From assembly GCA_964247055.1 (NCBI GenBank), contig OZ176058.1, positions 2,108,001 through 2,172,000 on the forward strand: 64,000 bases of DNA, in the 5' to 3' direction. Below the pieces are notes generated by a model. That model worked only from the letters and a program-made list of their open reading frames with translations, was not told where the DNA came from and ran no database searches. A program made the position numbers and the translations under genes. The DNA comes from Paragordius varius (taxonomy: Eukaryota > Animalia > Nematomorpha). This document shows positions 51,205-63,998 of the stretch, one piece after another (within the stretch, counting starts at the first letter, position 1; every line of letters starts with the position of its first letter).

Positions 51205-53807
51205 ATTTTGTGGTCTTTAAAATTTTTTTTACAATAAAAGTTTTAAGCGTGGTCTGCTAAGGAATGTATGATTTACAGATGTTTATCATATAATTATATC
51301 AAAAAATTCAGACCAAAACTTTGTGATAAAAACATTAATATTTAATTAGATTTTTATATATTTCCTTAATTTTTTAATTTTATAAGTTGTTTTGAACATA
51401 TATTTAACCACAAAGTTTTTCTAAATATGATACGAAATATGTGTTCTTGTTATTTTTTAAAATTTGTCAAAATATAGCACTTATGAAACATAATATAATA
51501 ATGTATTATATGATTATATAATATTAGAAATTAAAATATGATAGAAACATTCTACAAATTAAATTATTAAGCTTGTTAGTTCAATCCTAAAATATAAAGC
51601 ATAAAATATTCTGAGAAAAAGTCTATTATTTTTAAGTAAGTTGTGATGTTAATGTTTTAAATTTGTTAAATTTATTATTGTGTGTTTAATGCGACGTCGT
51701 GTAACTTTAATTTAATACTTAGATTGTTCAATATCAAGTAAAGTATATTCAAAAAATATACTTCAATTTATTTAATATTTGCTTTCTCATTTACATATAC
51801 CTTCTCTATTATCACTGGCATTCTGCAAAAAAGACATATTCGTTAAACTATTGTTTTAAGATGTTGTTAAAAATATTTTTAAAATTTAAAATATATTTAT
51901 AATTTTTATCGCGACGGTATTTTTGCGCTACTAGATACTTACCCTTTTTAAAGTTGGGACTTTCGGGGCTCACATCTAACATTCAAACTTTTAAATATAA
52001 TTTAACTTTTTAATTTAGTTCATAATAAATTTTAAGATTTGGGTATTTTGGTTGTCTCCATAAAAAAAGATAGCATTGGCATTTTCTGATATGTCTTTTT
52101 TGTGGCTTTGCTATGTATCATACACATATCCTATCATTTTAGCCTAATATTGTTTAACCTAAAATTTGCAATAACAAATTATTTAAAAACAGTGGATTTT
52201 CAATTGCGATATTTTTATTTTATTAAGGGTTATTATAGTTAAGTTTTTTGGTTTATTAATTGTAATTTTTAGATAAGACCATAAATATTTTTATAATTTT
52301 ATTTTATTACGCAAAAATATATTTCGTTTTTCTAACAATCCAATTCAAATTAGGGTATTAAATACTCAACCAGGAGTGACCAACTTTTTATCCAGTGGGC
52401 TACTTTTTTGGGAGAAAGTTTCACACGGCCACGTATGCATTTTGAATATTAAAAGCTAAATTAAAGTGGTTGGAGTGACAAGCAGAGGACTTTTTTAAAA
52501 TAGTTATCATAAAAAATAGTTTATTTTGTATAGTTTTTTATATACATACAGTAAAAATTGCTATTATATGGATAAACGTAAAATTATAAAGACAAAGTTT
52601 TTTTTAAAGATCGCTGTACTTTTAAAAACTTAAATTTTTAAAATATCGGTTATTGTTACAATTTGAAAGTATATACTATCTTGGTAACAATATATAATGT
52701 TTTAGAATTGTAATCATTTGATTTATTTAGGATGAAACAAAAAACTGGAGTTTAGATGTATTTTTTATAAAAAAAATTTTCCTTATATTGTCTAAGTAAT
52801 ATAGATATAATTTTTACACTATCATAATTCAAATGCATATTAAACAGTCTCCGCTAAAAAATAACCTTATGTGTATTTTGATAGGAATATGAATGAGTTT
52901 TATCATGATACTTTTGGATTTGGCCTTTAGGAGTTATATCAGAAAATGGAAAAATTTGCGCACATTTTTTTTAAATAAATTTTTTTAATTGAAAGGTAAA
53001 GGCTTCATTTTAAAAAATATCACTGAAATATTATAATCATTGATTTTAAATTTTTGTTTAAGTGCATTTCCGGGCTTTTCGTTCTACAAGTTTAAAATTA
53101 GGATATTATATATTAAGGGTATTTCACTTAAATAAATATTATACCAAACAATTTTAACAGTTTTGTGACATATACATATAATACTTTTTTAAATATAACT
53201 AAAACACACTGATACAGGAAATTTTTCAAATAATTAAATTATTAATTTTAAATATTAATCATAATAAATCTCGTATAACCAATTGTCTAGTTGAAACAAA
53301 TTTTTAGAGCATATGGTAGAGAAAATTTTACAAATTTATATTATTATAAAAAATCATTTTCTACTTAGTCTAGAAGGCTAAAAAAAGGCTAAAATGACTG
53401 AATATTCCTACTATATAGACGGTGTCCATACAAAAATTAACCTAATGTATTATATATAATAATGTATCAGGATTATACACTTTTAGTTCTTACGAGTGAT
53501 TTAAGAAAGTAAATTACGCTGTAAAAAGTGTTCCAGATAATAAAAAAATTTGCGCACAATGAAAACTTTTCGAAAGCTAAATTCCTCATTCCAAAAAATA
53601 TCAATAAAATATATCATATTGACAAAAATGCTTCGAAAGTCCTAAATTTTTTGATCTTCCGAAATGGGCTAGCTTTCTTAAAATAGACGCAAAAATGTCG
53701 AGATTGCGCGATAAAATCAATATATGCTAAATTTTGATGTCAATACATAATTTTTTCAAAAATCAAATGCATACTTTTTTTAAAAAAATAAATTTTTAAC
53801 AAAATTA

Positions 53808-53983
53808 TACAGTAGCGTATGCAGTAAAAGATTGTTAGTGCAAAATAATTTTAAACAGGGGGACAATTTTCATATATTAATTATCATTCAGTCCTATTTA
53901 TAAACATATCCATAATATCCCCCTGTTTTGTGTTCATTAAGATTATTTTGCACTAACAATCTTTTACTGCATACGCTACTGTA
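53808..53983. mobile_element. MITE family B, young copy
   Basis: Perfect 40-bp TIR cagtagcgtatgcagtaaaagattgttagtgcaaaataat flanked by TA; second copy at 25468-25643. Confidence 0.9.
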
Positions 53984-54402
53984 TTTTGAAACATGATGAA
54001 AACGCGGTTACACTTCATTACCTTTTCACTTTTTTGTCCTAGTTTAAATATTGGGGCAATATATATCAGAGCACAATTTCGTAAATAAACTACTATTTTA
54101 ATTAACGTTATTTTAGTTGATATTTAATTTTCAAACATTGTTTTAATGTTTTAAATAAAAAAACTTTTATTTTTTTACAGTTTTGTGATTTCTAGCGTCT
54201 AAAAGTGGGACAGCTCGAAAACACTAAAATAATTTTACCAAATTTCATTTTTTTACCAATAATGCAAAATTAAAATAAAAACCCATTTCAAACACTAAAA
54301 AAACAATATAAAATAATTTTTTAATATATAAGTAACATTTATTATGACTATGCAATGGATGGGTATAATTAAATTGCAATTTTCGCATAAAATAATAAAA
54401 AG

Positions 54403-54735
54403 TATACCATTTACAATTCAAATTTATCCTTAAACAACTCAAATTCACCCTCGAACAATTCAAATTCAACCCTGAACAATTCAAATTCACCCTAAAAATA
54501 AATTATGTGTTTTCGAACTAATATAAGTCATTATTAATATAAAATATATCTTTAAGGCATAATTTATTATTTTCAGTATTATTTTAATTTTAAACAAAAT
54601 TTTATTTTTTAAAAATACATAAGAATAGAGGCAATTTTTAAACTTAAAAAACACTTAATTTATTTTTTGGGTATATTTGAATTGTTCAAGGGTGAAATTG
54701 AATTGTTTAAGGGTGAATTTGAACTGTAAATGGTA
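54403..54735. mobile_element. MITE family D copy
   Basis: Same termini; explains spurious ORF 54245..54490. Confidence 0.82.
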
Positions 54736-54955
54736 TTTATAAAAAATTTGAGCTTTCAAACTGCATATATTAAAATATTTGGCATAAAAGCACCGTTGTA
54801 AAATATATTAAAAAATAAATATAATGCATAATAATGGTCCATGCAACAATATTTGAAAAAATTATAATAATAATATTTTTTTGTAATACTGAATTTATAT
54901 AAATAAATATTTGCACAAATTTTTGAAATTTTAAAAAAATATTTTTTTGTATATT

Positions 54956-56663
54956 TCATTTGCTGTAAATATGGCTTTCGGTTCCACCTCTACCATAACC
55001 TAAAAAAAGAGAAAAAATATAAAAATATTAATAAAAAACATTTTAATAAAATGTTAAAAATAATTATTAAAATAAAAAACATTTGAAATTTAAAATTTCT
55101 TGTTTGTAAGTTAACATATTTATTAAAAATAAAATTTAAAAAAATACTAAAATATATAAATTTGAATATTTTTTTGGATATTTCTATAAAACATATTTTT
55201 GTACTTTTAATTTATAAAGATTAAAACGACAGGTGTAAATAAGTACTGCTTATAAAATAGAAAAATATTTTTTTATCAAAATAATTTGCATATTTTTTAC
55301 CTGTCCAAACAAAATTTAGTGAGTTAAAATATTAAATTGTGGTTAATAAAGTGAAAAAAATAATTCTAAATATTAAATAAAAACTGTGCTTTTAAAACAA
55401 AAATATTATATATATATTTAATATTTTTTCTTAAAATATTTTTAGTAACATTTTATTTATAAAAGTACAAATTATTTCACTTTTAAAAAAGTACAAAAAA
55501 AATATTTTTTTGTATGTCAAAAAAGATAAAAAATAAATTAGGTTGAAATGAACCTAATTTATTAAATTACGTCAAAATATTTTTTATTAAATATTTTATG
55601 TCAAAAATATTTATTTTTTTATTTTATTTAAAAAAAAATTTGTACTTTTTATTTAATCTAATAAATTATATATGGAATTTAAAATAAAAAAAATATATAT
55701 AATTTTTTGATAAAATATAATTTTTATTTTTTCCAAAAAAACGTAAAATATTCTAAAATAAAATAATAATATTTTTTAGCTTAAACAATCCAAATAAAAA
55801 ATTATTTGTTCCAAAAAAATTGAAAAAATTGTTTGATATATAGTTTTAAATTAATTTCTAAATTTAAAAAAATCTATTAAATTTATATATAAAATAATTA
55901 ACTAATTCAAAGGTAAAATATTAAATAACTCAAAAAAATTAAAATTATTTTAATTTAAACATTATTGACTAATGATAAAGTAAAAAATATTAATAAATTG
56001 TTTTTATCAGCAATTATTAATTTATTCAAGGTCATTTTTGAGATCAAATGAAAATAAAAAAGTAAAAAATAGTTAAATAATAAAGCAAGTAATAATATAA
56101 AAAATGCAAATCATTTTATAATTTTAATTAAAGTTATTTTAAATTAATAAAAGTCTATAACATTTACAACAAAAAATTATGGCATATTGAAAATAATTTA
56201 ATTTTAAAAAAATCTAAATATTATAAAGATAAAATATAAACTGGAAATATTAAAATTTTTTATAATAAAATACAATATCAGAAAAATGAGATTTTTATTG
56301 AAAACTATAAATAGTATATATAATAATTTTTTAAAAAAATGAAAAATGCTATGCTAATTAAAATATATATATATATATATATATATACCATTTATAATTC
56401 AAATTCATTACCCTAAAAACAATTATGTGCTTTTTAAGATCAATAATTACCTATATTTTTATATATTTTTAAAAAATCAAATTTTTTAAAAATTAAAATA
56501 TTACTGAAATAAACTATGCGATAAAATTTTTTGCGTAAATTTAAATTGTTCAAAAACACATAATTAAATTTTAGGGTGATTCCGAAATGTTCAAAAAACA
56601 ATTTGAATTATTTTTAGGTTTAAATTATAAATGTAAATGGTATAAAAAACCAAATCATATATA

Positions 56664-56700
<37 letters not shown>

Positions 56701-57943
56701 ATATTTTTTTTTTAAATTTAAAGAAAGAATAAAATCAAAATGAAAATTTAAATTATTTAAAAATTTAAAAAATTAACCTTTTGGACCAAACAGAGAAGCA
56801 TAACATGGAATATGGCAATATGGTTTTCCTGAATGCTAAAATTTATTTTATTTTTTTTTATCAAAATTTTTATAAAAAGCTAGAAAATTATGAAAACATA
56901 TATATATTTAAAATAACATATACATATATATATAAAGCTGTTAAATATTATTACATTAATTTAGTTTAAAAGTTTAAAATAACTATTCTTTTTTTGTAAT
57001 TAATTAAAATATGGAGAAAAAAATAATTTATAAATATTAAAGAATTAATTTATTGATATTTAAATTAATAATATCTCCAAAATGGTTAATTATTTTTTTC
57101 AATCTAAAATAAATATTAATCAATATTTGAAAAATTGAAAATTTCTAAAATATATTTTTAAATTTTTTTTTGAAAAAAACAAATATTGCAAACTAATTAT
57201 GAAGGAAAAATAATATTTAAATATTAAATAATTAACTTATTGATATTAAAAATAATATCTCTAATCCAAAACAGATATTTATTTTTCCAAATCTAAAATA
57301 AATATTAATCAATTATTTAAAAAAATTTAAAAATTTATAATTTCTGGAATTTTTTTTTAAAAAATAAAATATTGCGAAACCTCAGCATGACTTCCTGGGG
57401 TAAGTAGTTTATTGCATTTTTCGCATTTTAAGCATAACGGGTGCCAATCCTTACCCAAAGAACATTTCTTCTCAGCTGTTAAAGTTTTATACAATAATTT
57501 TTCAATATTTATAATCCAAACAGGGTAATTTATAAATTATAGAATATGTATTTGTTGGAATTATTTTTTCAAAGGTATTAAAACAAAAAACCAAATAATG
57601 TAATATGTATATTGATTATAATGAATTTTTTCAAAATCTTTGAACTTTTTAAAACAGAATTCCAACCTCCATAATATAAGCAAAAGTTAATTTTTGCATA
57701 TGAATGATTTTGATAAAAAAAACAATTTGTTACTGTCTAAAAATATTACGATATAAAATATTGGCATATTAAATAATATAATATTTGAATAAATTTAATT
57801 ATTACGATATAAAATATTCGCATATTAAATAAAATATTATTTGAATAAAAATTCAATTATATATTTTACAAAATCTATCCTAAAAAAATTTCAAAAAATC
57901 TACCGAAATAAACTTCTTTCAAACATTTTGGACATTTCCCCAT
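54956..57943 (-). CDS. CRIP1: Cysteine-rich intestinal protein (single LIM domain), 4 exons (57904-57943, 57381-57475, 56778-56835, 54956-54999), 78 aa: [78 protein letters not shown]
   Basis: All introns GT-AG with matching phases (1,0,1); complete LIM Cys/His pattern plus the CRIP tail FGPKGYGRGG. Confidence 0.95.
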
Positions 57944-58066
57944 GAGCGAGCTGTTGAGCAATAATAAATAGAATCAGACGATATTAGTGTGGAGAATGAT
58001 TTTATGCGTGAATGCAAATAAACACATTTTTTTCATATGAACCGACAGTAACCAGTGCGGGCAGCC
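57944..58066. promoter_or_regulatory. Putative bidirectional promoter between divergent ATGs
   Basis: Only 123 bp between the CRIP1 ATG (57943, minus) and the plus-strand gene ATG (58067); locally raised GC. Confidence 0.55.
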
Positions 58067-61000
58067 ATGTTTAACGTTAAATCTGAAATCGGAGTAGGCT
58101 CAGACGATGTTTCTGACGGCGAAGAATTCTCTCAAGGAACACCAACTAAAAAAGGTTTTTTTACTTGAAAAAAAAACGTTTTTATTATTTTTACTTTACA
58201 ATTTTACCGATATTTTTATTAACAAAATGTTTATTTATTTAAATTCAAAATTTAAATCTTTGATAAGTAATAAATTCTGATATATAAACCATAAATTGAA
58301 CATTTTAATTTACGAAATTTAGTTATTTTATTAAAAATCAAGGCTTGGAAATATATTATAACCATTATTTCACATTTTGTTTAAGTTAACTTACACATAT
58401 GATAAAATTGCTGGATTTTATAAATATATATTAGATTTAATACTTTAATTTCAAAAAAAATTTTTAATAAAGACATTCTTTAAAATACTTAATCCTATTC
58501 TAAGTTAAATTATTATTATTTATGGGGATAATTTATGTGACATTGTATTTATTACAAATGGTTGTCTAATTAAGTTAGTTGCCAATTTATAACCTTAAGT
58601 TAAATTATTATTAATTTAAATTTTATATGACATTGTATTTATATGGAAATTTTATATGACAATGTATTTATTACAAATACTATTCTAATTTAGTTATTGT
58701 CAATTATACTTGCCAATACAATCACAAAGGAATCAGTTATAAAATGAACTTAATTTTAGATGATAAATTCTATTTTATTTCTATTTTTCAATATTTAAGA
58801 GATTTTTTTTTGATAAAATATAGATGGAACAACACTATTTAGTGGTGAGGGGTTTGCCATATCCCGAACTGGAAGGATCCGTAAAAAATCTGCAAAACTC
58901 ATGGAAATGGAATCCCTGGAGGAATTGGAAAATGATCCTGAGTAAACACACCTATTTTTTAGATTTTAGTGCGTTGCCATGGCAACGCTGCTAGATTAAG
59001 GTTAAAAATGCCGTTTTTTAAAATGCATAAACTTTGATAGTAGTATATTTATTTTTTTACTTCATATATAATTACCATTTTAGCGCTCTTATTCACACTA
59101 ATAAGATGGTATCGTCGACTAAAATGCCATTTTTAATCAATCTAAAGTGTAGTTATGTTTAGTTCGTTGCCACGGTAACGCTACTAATTTAAAGTTAAAC
59201 AATAATATTTTTTAAATGCATAATAGTATAGAATGAATACATTGTTTTTTTATTTTTTGCATATATATAATATATAATTACCATTTTAGGCTTTTATTCA
59301 GCACTAATAAGATGGTGTCGTCGACTAAAATGCCATTTTTAATCAATCTAAAGTGTAGTTATGTTTAGTGCGTTGCCATGGTAACGCTAATTTAAAGTTA
59401 AAAACTGCCGTTTTTTAAATGCATAAATTTTGATAGAAGTATAGATGGAATACATTTTTATTTTTTTACATAGATATAATTAATTACCATTTTAAACTTT
59501 TTTTTAAAAAAAATTTTGATTAATTTTTTTAAAAAGCCCACAAGAGCCACAAGTAGTTGAACACTCCTACCCCTGTTTTAGATCATCGAAATTTTTTTTA
59601 TTAATTTTTAGCTATAAATGAAATTTTTGCAAACGAACCATTTTTTTAATTTTAAATTTTTCTCAAAAAAATTTGGCTTGTTGAACACCCCTACCCTGTT
59701 TTAGATTATCGAAATTTTTTTTTTAAATTTTTACTATAAATTATATTTGCACAAAATTACGAATTTTTTTAATTTTTTGATTTTAAATTTTTTTACAAAT
59801 TATTTAGACTCCAAGAAAAATCCAATCTCCCAATAATAATTCTCATTTTTCTTAATACGATTAATAATATATATTTAGATTTTTAAAGCTATTTATAGCC
59901 CCTAAACTTATTATTACATCATTTTAAAATTAAAATAGTTTGAAAATAATTATTATAAAAAAAATTTTACTTTTTTAATTTTTTTTTATTTTTTCTATTT
60001 TGTAATCATTTCACGCAAAACCAAAAAAAATATATTTTTTACGTTTTGTGTATTTTTAATTTAAATTATTTGGACTTTTGGTTGAACTCTTAAACTTGAA
60101 ATATTACGAATGTTAATTTAAATCAAACTGCAAATATTATTTTAATAAACCCACACAATTATTAATTAAAATCAAAAAAGCTAAATTTGTTAAATTTGTA
60201 AATTTATTTTTAAATATTAAAATTACAAAATTTCACCTTTAAGTTATTCATGGTTTAAAATAATTTTTTTATCCCACACTTGAAAAATTATTTTAACATA
60301 CCCCAAACACTATTTAAAATTTATTAAATCTTAAAATAAAGCAAAAATGAAAATGAATATTTCCAATTTACCCACGAAAAAAAAACCAAGTCGAATTTAA
60401 TTTTCTGATTTTAAATACCTCTCAAATACTATTTAAAATTAATTTTTTTAAATAAAGCAAAAATGAATATTTCCAAATTATCCATAAAAAAGTCTAAAAA
60501 GATGAATTTTATTTTTTAATATCTTTAGTTTTTTAATAAAATACTTTTTTTCCATTTTTTTAATATTTGATAAAAAAAATTAAATTTTTGGTTTACCCAT
60601 AAAAAACCCTAAAAAGACTAATTTTATTTTTTAATATTTTAAATAAACATTTTTTTTAAATTTTTTTTTAATTTTTGATAAAAAAAGCAAATATTAATAT
60701 ATCTAATTTACTCGTAAAAAAATTTAAAAAGACAAATTTTATAGTTCAATATTTAAATAAAAAACATTTTTTTCAAATATTTGATCAAAAAAAGCGAAAA
60801 TAAATATTTTTAATATATCCAATAAAAAATTTAAATAAAAAACATATTTTTTCCATTTTTTTTAATATTTGAATTTTTTTTTAAATCTTTTATAAAATTT
60901 CATAAAAAAAATTTTATTTCATAATTTTAAATTTTTGATATTTTTTTAGACTTCAAGATGAACGCCCACCCAATAATCGAAATATCAACAACTCAAACTT

Positions 61001-62477
61001 TTTGAATAATGCCAATAATGCTAATGTTAATAAAAACGTGCTGATGACTACCAATCAAAATATTGTAAATTCAACAAATCAGCTGTTGCCTTCTTCCGGT
61101 TCCGGTCTTACCGCACCTCACATTATCACATTTTCACAACAACAGATGTTTCAACATCAAAAACAGCTGTTGACGACTCAACAAAATTCAAACGCTTCTC
61201 AAACTCAATCAACAATGTTTACATCACAAAAGACCCCTGGAAATCAGCTGACTGCGGCGGCGGCACCTTTTGTCATGTCTTCAAGAGGTTTCAATACTTT
61301 TTTTGAGGGGGGGGGGATTTATTAATTTTTTTTATTTTTTAATTTATATAAAAAATTTTGTACGCGTTTTTATTTTCTTCAATTTTTTTTGAGGGGGGGA
61401 ATTTATTAAAAAAAATTTTTTTATTTTTTAATTTATATGATATAAAAAATATTAATATTTTGTACGCGTTTTTCTTTTAATAATACAGTAAAATTGAATT
61501 ATTCTATGGACAAAACATAAGATTATAAAGAAGACTTATGTTTTTTTCAAAAGACAACTACCATACTTTTTTAAACTTTAATGTTTCTTATATAAGCTAT
61601 TTAATTATTATTATTGTAATGCATAAAATTGATTGTGTTAGTTATAGATATATCTATATTTTCACACTTTACCATTTCAAACAATGAGTTATATTTAAAA
61701 AAATCAAGATTTTAAAAGTATGGTGGTTGTCTCTTAGTAAAAAATATTTGTCTTTATATTTTTACCTTTTGTCCGTATAATTTTAATTTTTAAGGTAATT
61801 TTAATTACTGATTGATAATTTTAGAAAATTACAATATGCATTTTAATGTGGTTGCTTATTAAAAAAATATTAATTCTTTTTGTACGCGTTTTTCTCTTAA
61901 TAATACAGTAAAAATTGAAATTATACTATAAACAAAACATGAGCTTATAAAAAGAAGACAAAAATTTTTTTTTTCAAAAGATAACCAAACTTTTTTAAAC
62001 TTTTAATGTTCCCTATATAAACTATTTAATTATTAATGTAATGTATAGAATTGAATGTGTTAGTTATATAAATAAATATATATATATATCTATAATTCAC
62101 ACTTTGTCATTTAATTAGTTATAATTAAATTAATCTTAAAAAACTATGGTTGTCTTTTAGAAAATATTTGTCTTTATATTTTTACGTTTTGTCCTCACGT
62201 ATAATTTCGATTTTTATTGTAATTTTTATTACTGTTGTTTATTGGTTAGTAATTTTCAATATTCATTTTAATGTGGTTGCTTATTAAAAAAAAATATTAA
62301 TTTTTTTGTACGCGTTTTCTTTTATTATTACAGTAAAATTGAAATTATACTATGGACAAAACATAAAAATATAAAGACAAATGTTTTTTTAAAAAGACAA
62401 CCATATTTTTTTAAAACCTTAAACCTTTCTATATAAGCTTTTTACTTATTATTTAATATATAGAATGGATTGTTAGT

Positions 62478-62510
<33 letters not shown>

Positions 62511-63803
62511 CACAATTTGTCATTTAATTAGTTATAATTAAATTAATCTTAAAAACTATGGTTGTCCTTTTGAAAAATATTTGTCTTTATATTTTTACCT
62601 TTTGTCTTTATGTAATTTCAATTTTTACTGTATTTTTAATTACTATTGATATATATATATATATATAACACACTTTGTCATTTCAAAACAAAGAGAGTTG
62701 TATTTAAAAAAATCAACATTTAAAAAGTATGGTTGTCTTTTGGGAAAAAAATATTTGTCTTTATATTTTTACGTTTTGTCCTCACGTATAATTTCGATTT
62801 TTATTTATTATTAATGATTCCGAAATCAGCTGTTTTTATTAAGATAGTTTTTAAATATTTAATTATTTAATCATTAATTTTTTTACATTTAATTATTGTA
62901 TATAAAAAATTACAAAAACTGTTTGTGAAAAAAAATATTTTTATTTTTTTTAAGTTTTTTGAGTAAAATCAAAATATATTAATCTATGTTTTAGGTTCAT
63001 TACCAAATAATAATATTATTAATATTAATCAAAGATCAGCTGTTTTCTTAACTTAAATATTTAAATATATTTTTAATTTTTTAAATATAATTATTAAATT
63101 TTATGAAAATTTTTCTTAAAATTTTATATTTCTTTTAAATCAAAATATATAAATCTATGATTTAGGCTCATTACCAAAGAATATTAATATCAATCCAAGA
63201 TCAGCTGTTTTCTTATTTTAAATTAAAAATATTTTAATTTTTTTTCAAATTAATTTATTAATTTTTGAAAAAGGGATTTAAATATTTTTACATTTTTTTT
63301 AAAATATATAAATTTATGTTTTAGGCTCATTACCAAACAATATTAATATCAATCCAAGATCAGCTATTTTATCACTTTAAATATTTTAAATATATTTTTA
63401 ATTTTTTAAATATAATTATTAAATTTTATGAAAATTTTTCTTAAAATTTAATATTTTTTTATTCTTTTTTGAGTAAAATCAAAATATATAAATCTATGTT
63501 TTAGGTTCATTACCAAACTATATTAATATCAATCCAAGATCAGCTGTTTTATTACTTTAAATATTATTTTAAATTTTTTATAAAAAAATAATCAATTATA
63601 AAAAAAGTATTTTAAATATTTGTTTTACATTTTTTTTGAGTAAAATCAAAATATATAAATATATGTTTTAGGTTCATTACCAAACAATATGATTAATATC
63701 AATCCAAGATCAGCTGTTCCAGTCTCACTTTCCTTGGTTAGGTCATCAGGTGATTTTTCAGGCGGCGGTGGTGGGCCTCAAAATACCCTTTTTCTGGCCC
63801 GGG
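58067..63803 (+). CDS. Plus-strand gene, first 4 exons (58067-58154, 58824-58941, 60950-61287, 63672-63803), continuing beyond the window; possibly an HMG-box-containing protein 4 (HMGXB4)-like N-terminus
   Basis: GT-AG exons join in frame (phases 1,2,1): MFNVKSEIGVGSDDVSDGEEFSQGTPTKK-D-GTTLFSGEGFAISRTGRIRKKSAKLMEMESLEELENDP-E-LQDERPP...(Q/N/S/T-rich, includes ORF 61002..61325)...SSR-G-SLPNNMININPRSAV...FLAR. ISRTGRIRKKSAKLME resembles the SRSGRVRKKSSKL motif I recall from invertebrate HMGXB4-like proteins. No HMG box lies inside the window, so the identity is tentative. Confidence 0.7.
58960..59470. repeat. About 200-bp unit repeated three times, each with a palindromic GTTGCCATGGCAAC-like motif
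   Basis: Motifs at 58971-58988, 59165-59181 and 59370-59387. Confidence 0.85.
61480..62810. repeat. Tandemly amplified family-F MITE units in intron 3 of the plus-strand gene
   Basis: Repeating tgtacgcgtttt + tacagtaaaattgaa...tttgtcc unit at about 430 bp spacing (61460, 61880, 62308). Confidence 0.75.
62960..63671 (+). repeat. Four tandem echoes (about 160-180 bp unit) of the acceptor and 5' part of exon 63672
   Basis: ttttag|G(T/C)TCATTACCAAA...ATCCAAGATCAGCT-like segments start at 62995, 63166, 63325 and 63505. Confidence 0.93.
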
Positions 63804-63864
63804 GTAGGGACCCTAACTTAAATCGCCCCCAATTATTAAATAGTAATTTTATAAATATATATAT

Positions 63865-63895
<31 letters not shown>

Positions 63896-63963
63896 TTAAA
63901 TATTATATATATTTATAAATATATATTTTTATATATAAATATATATAATCATTTAAAAAATTT

Positions 63964-63998
<35 letters not shown>

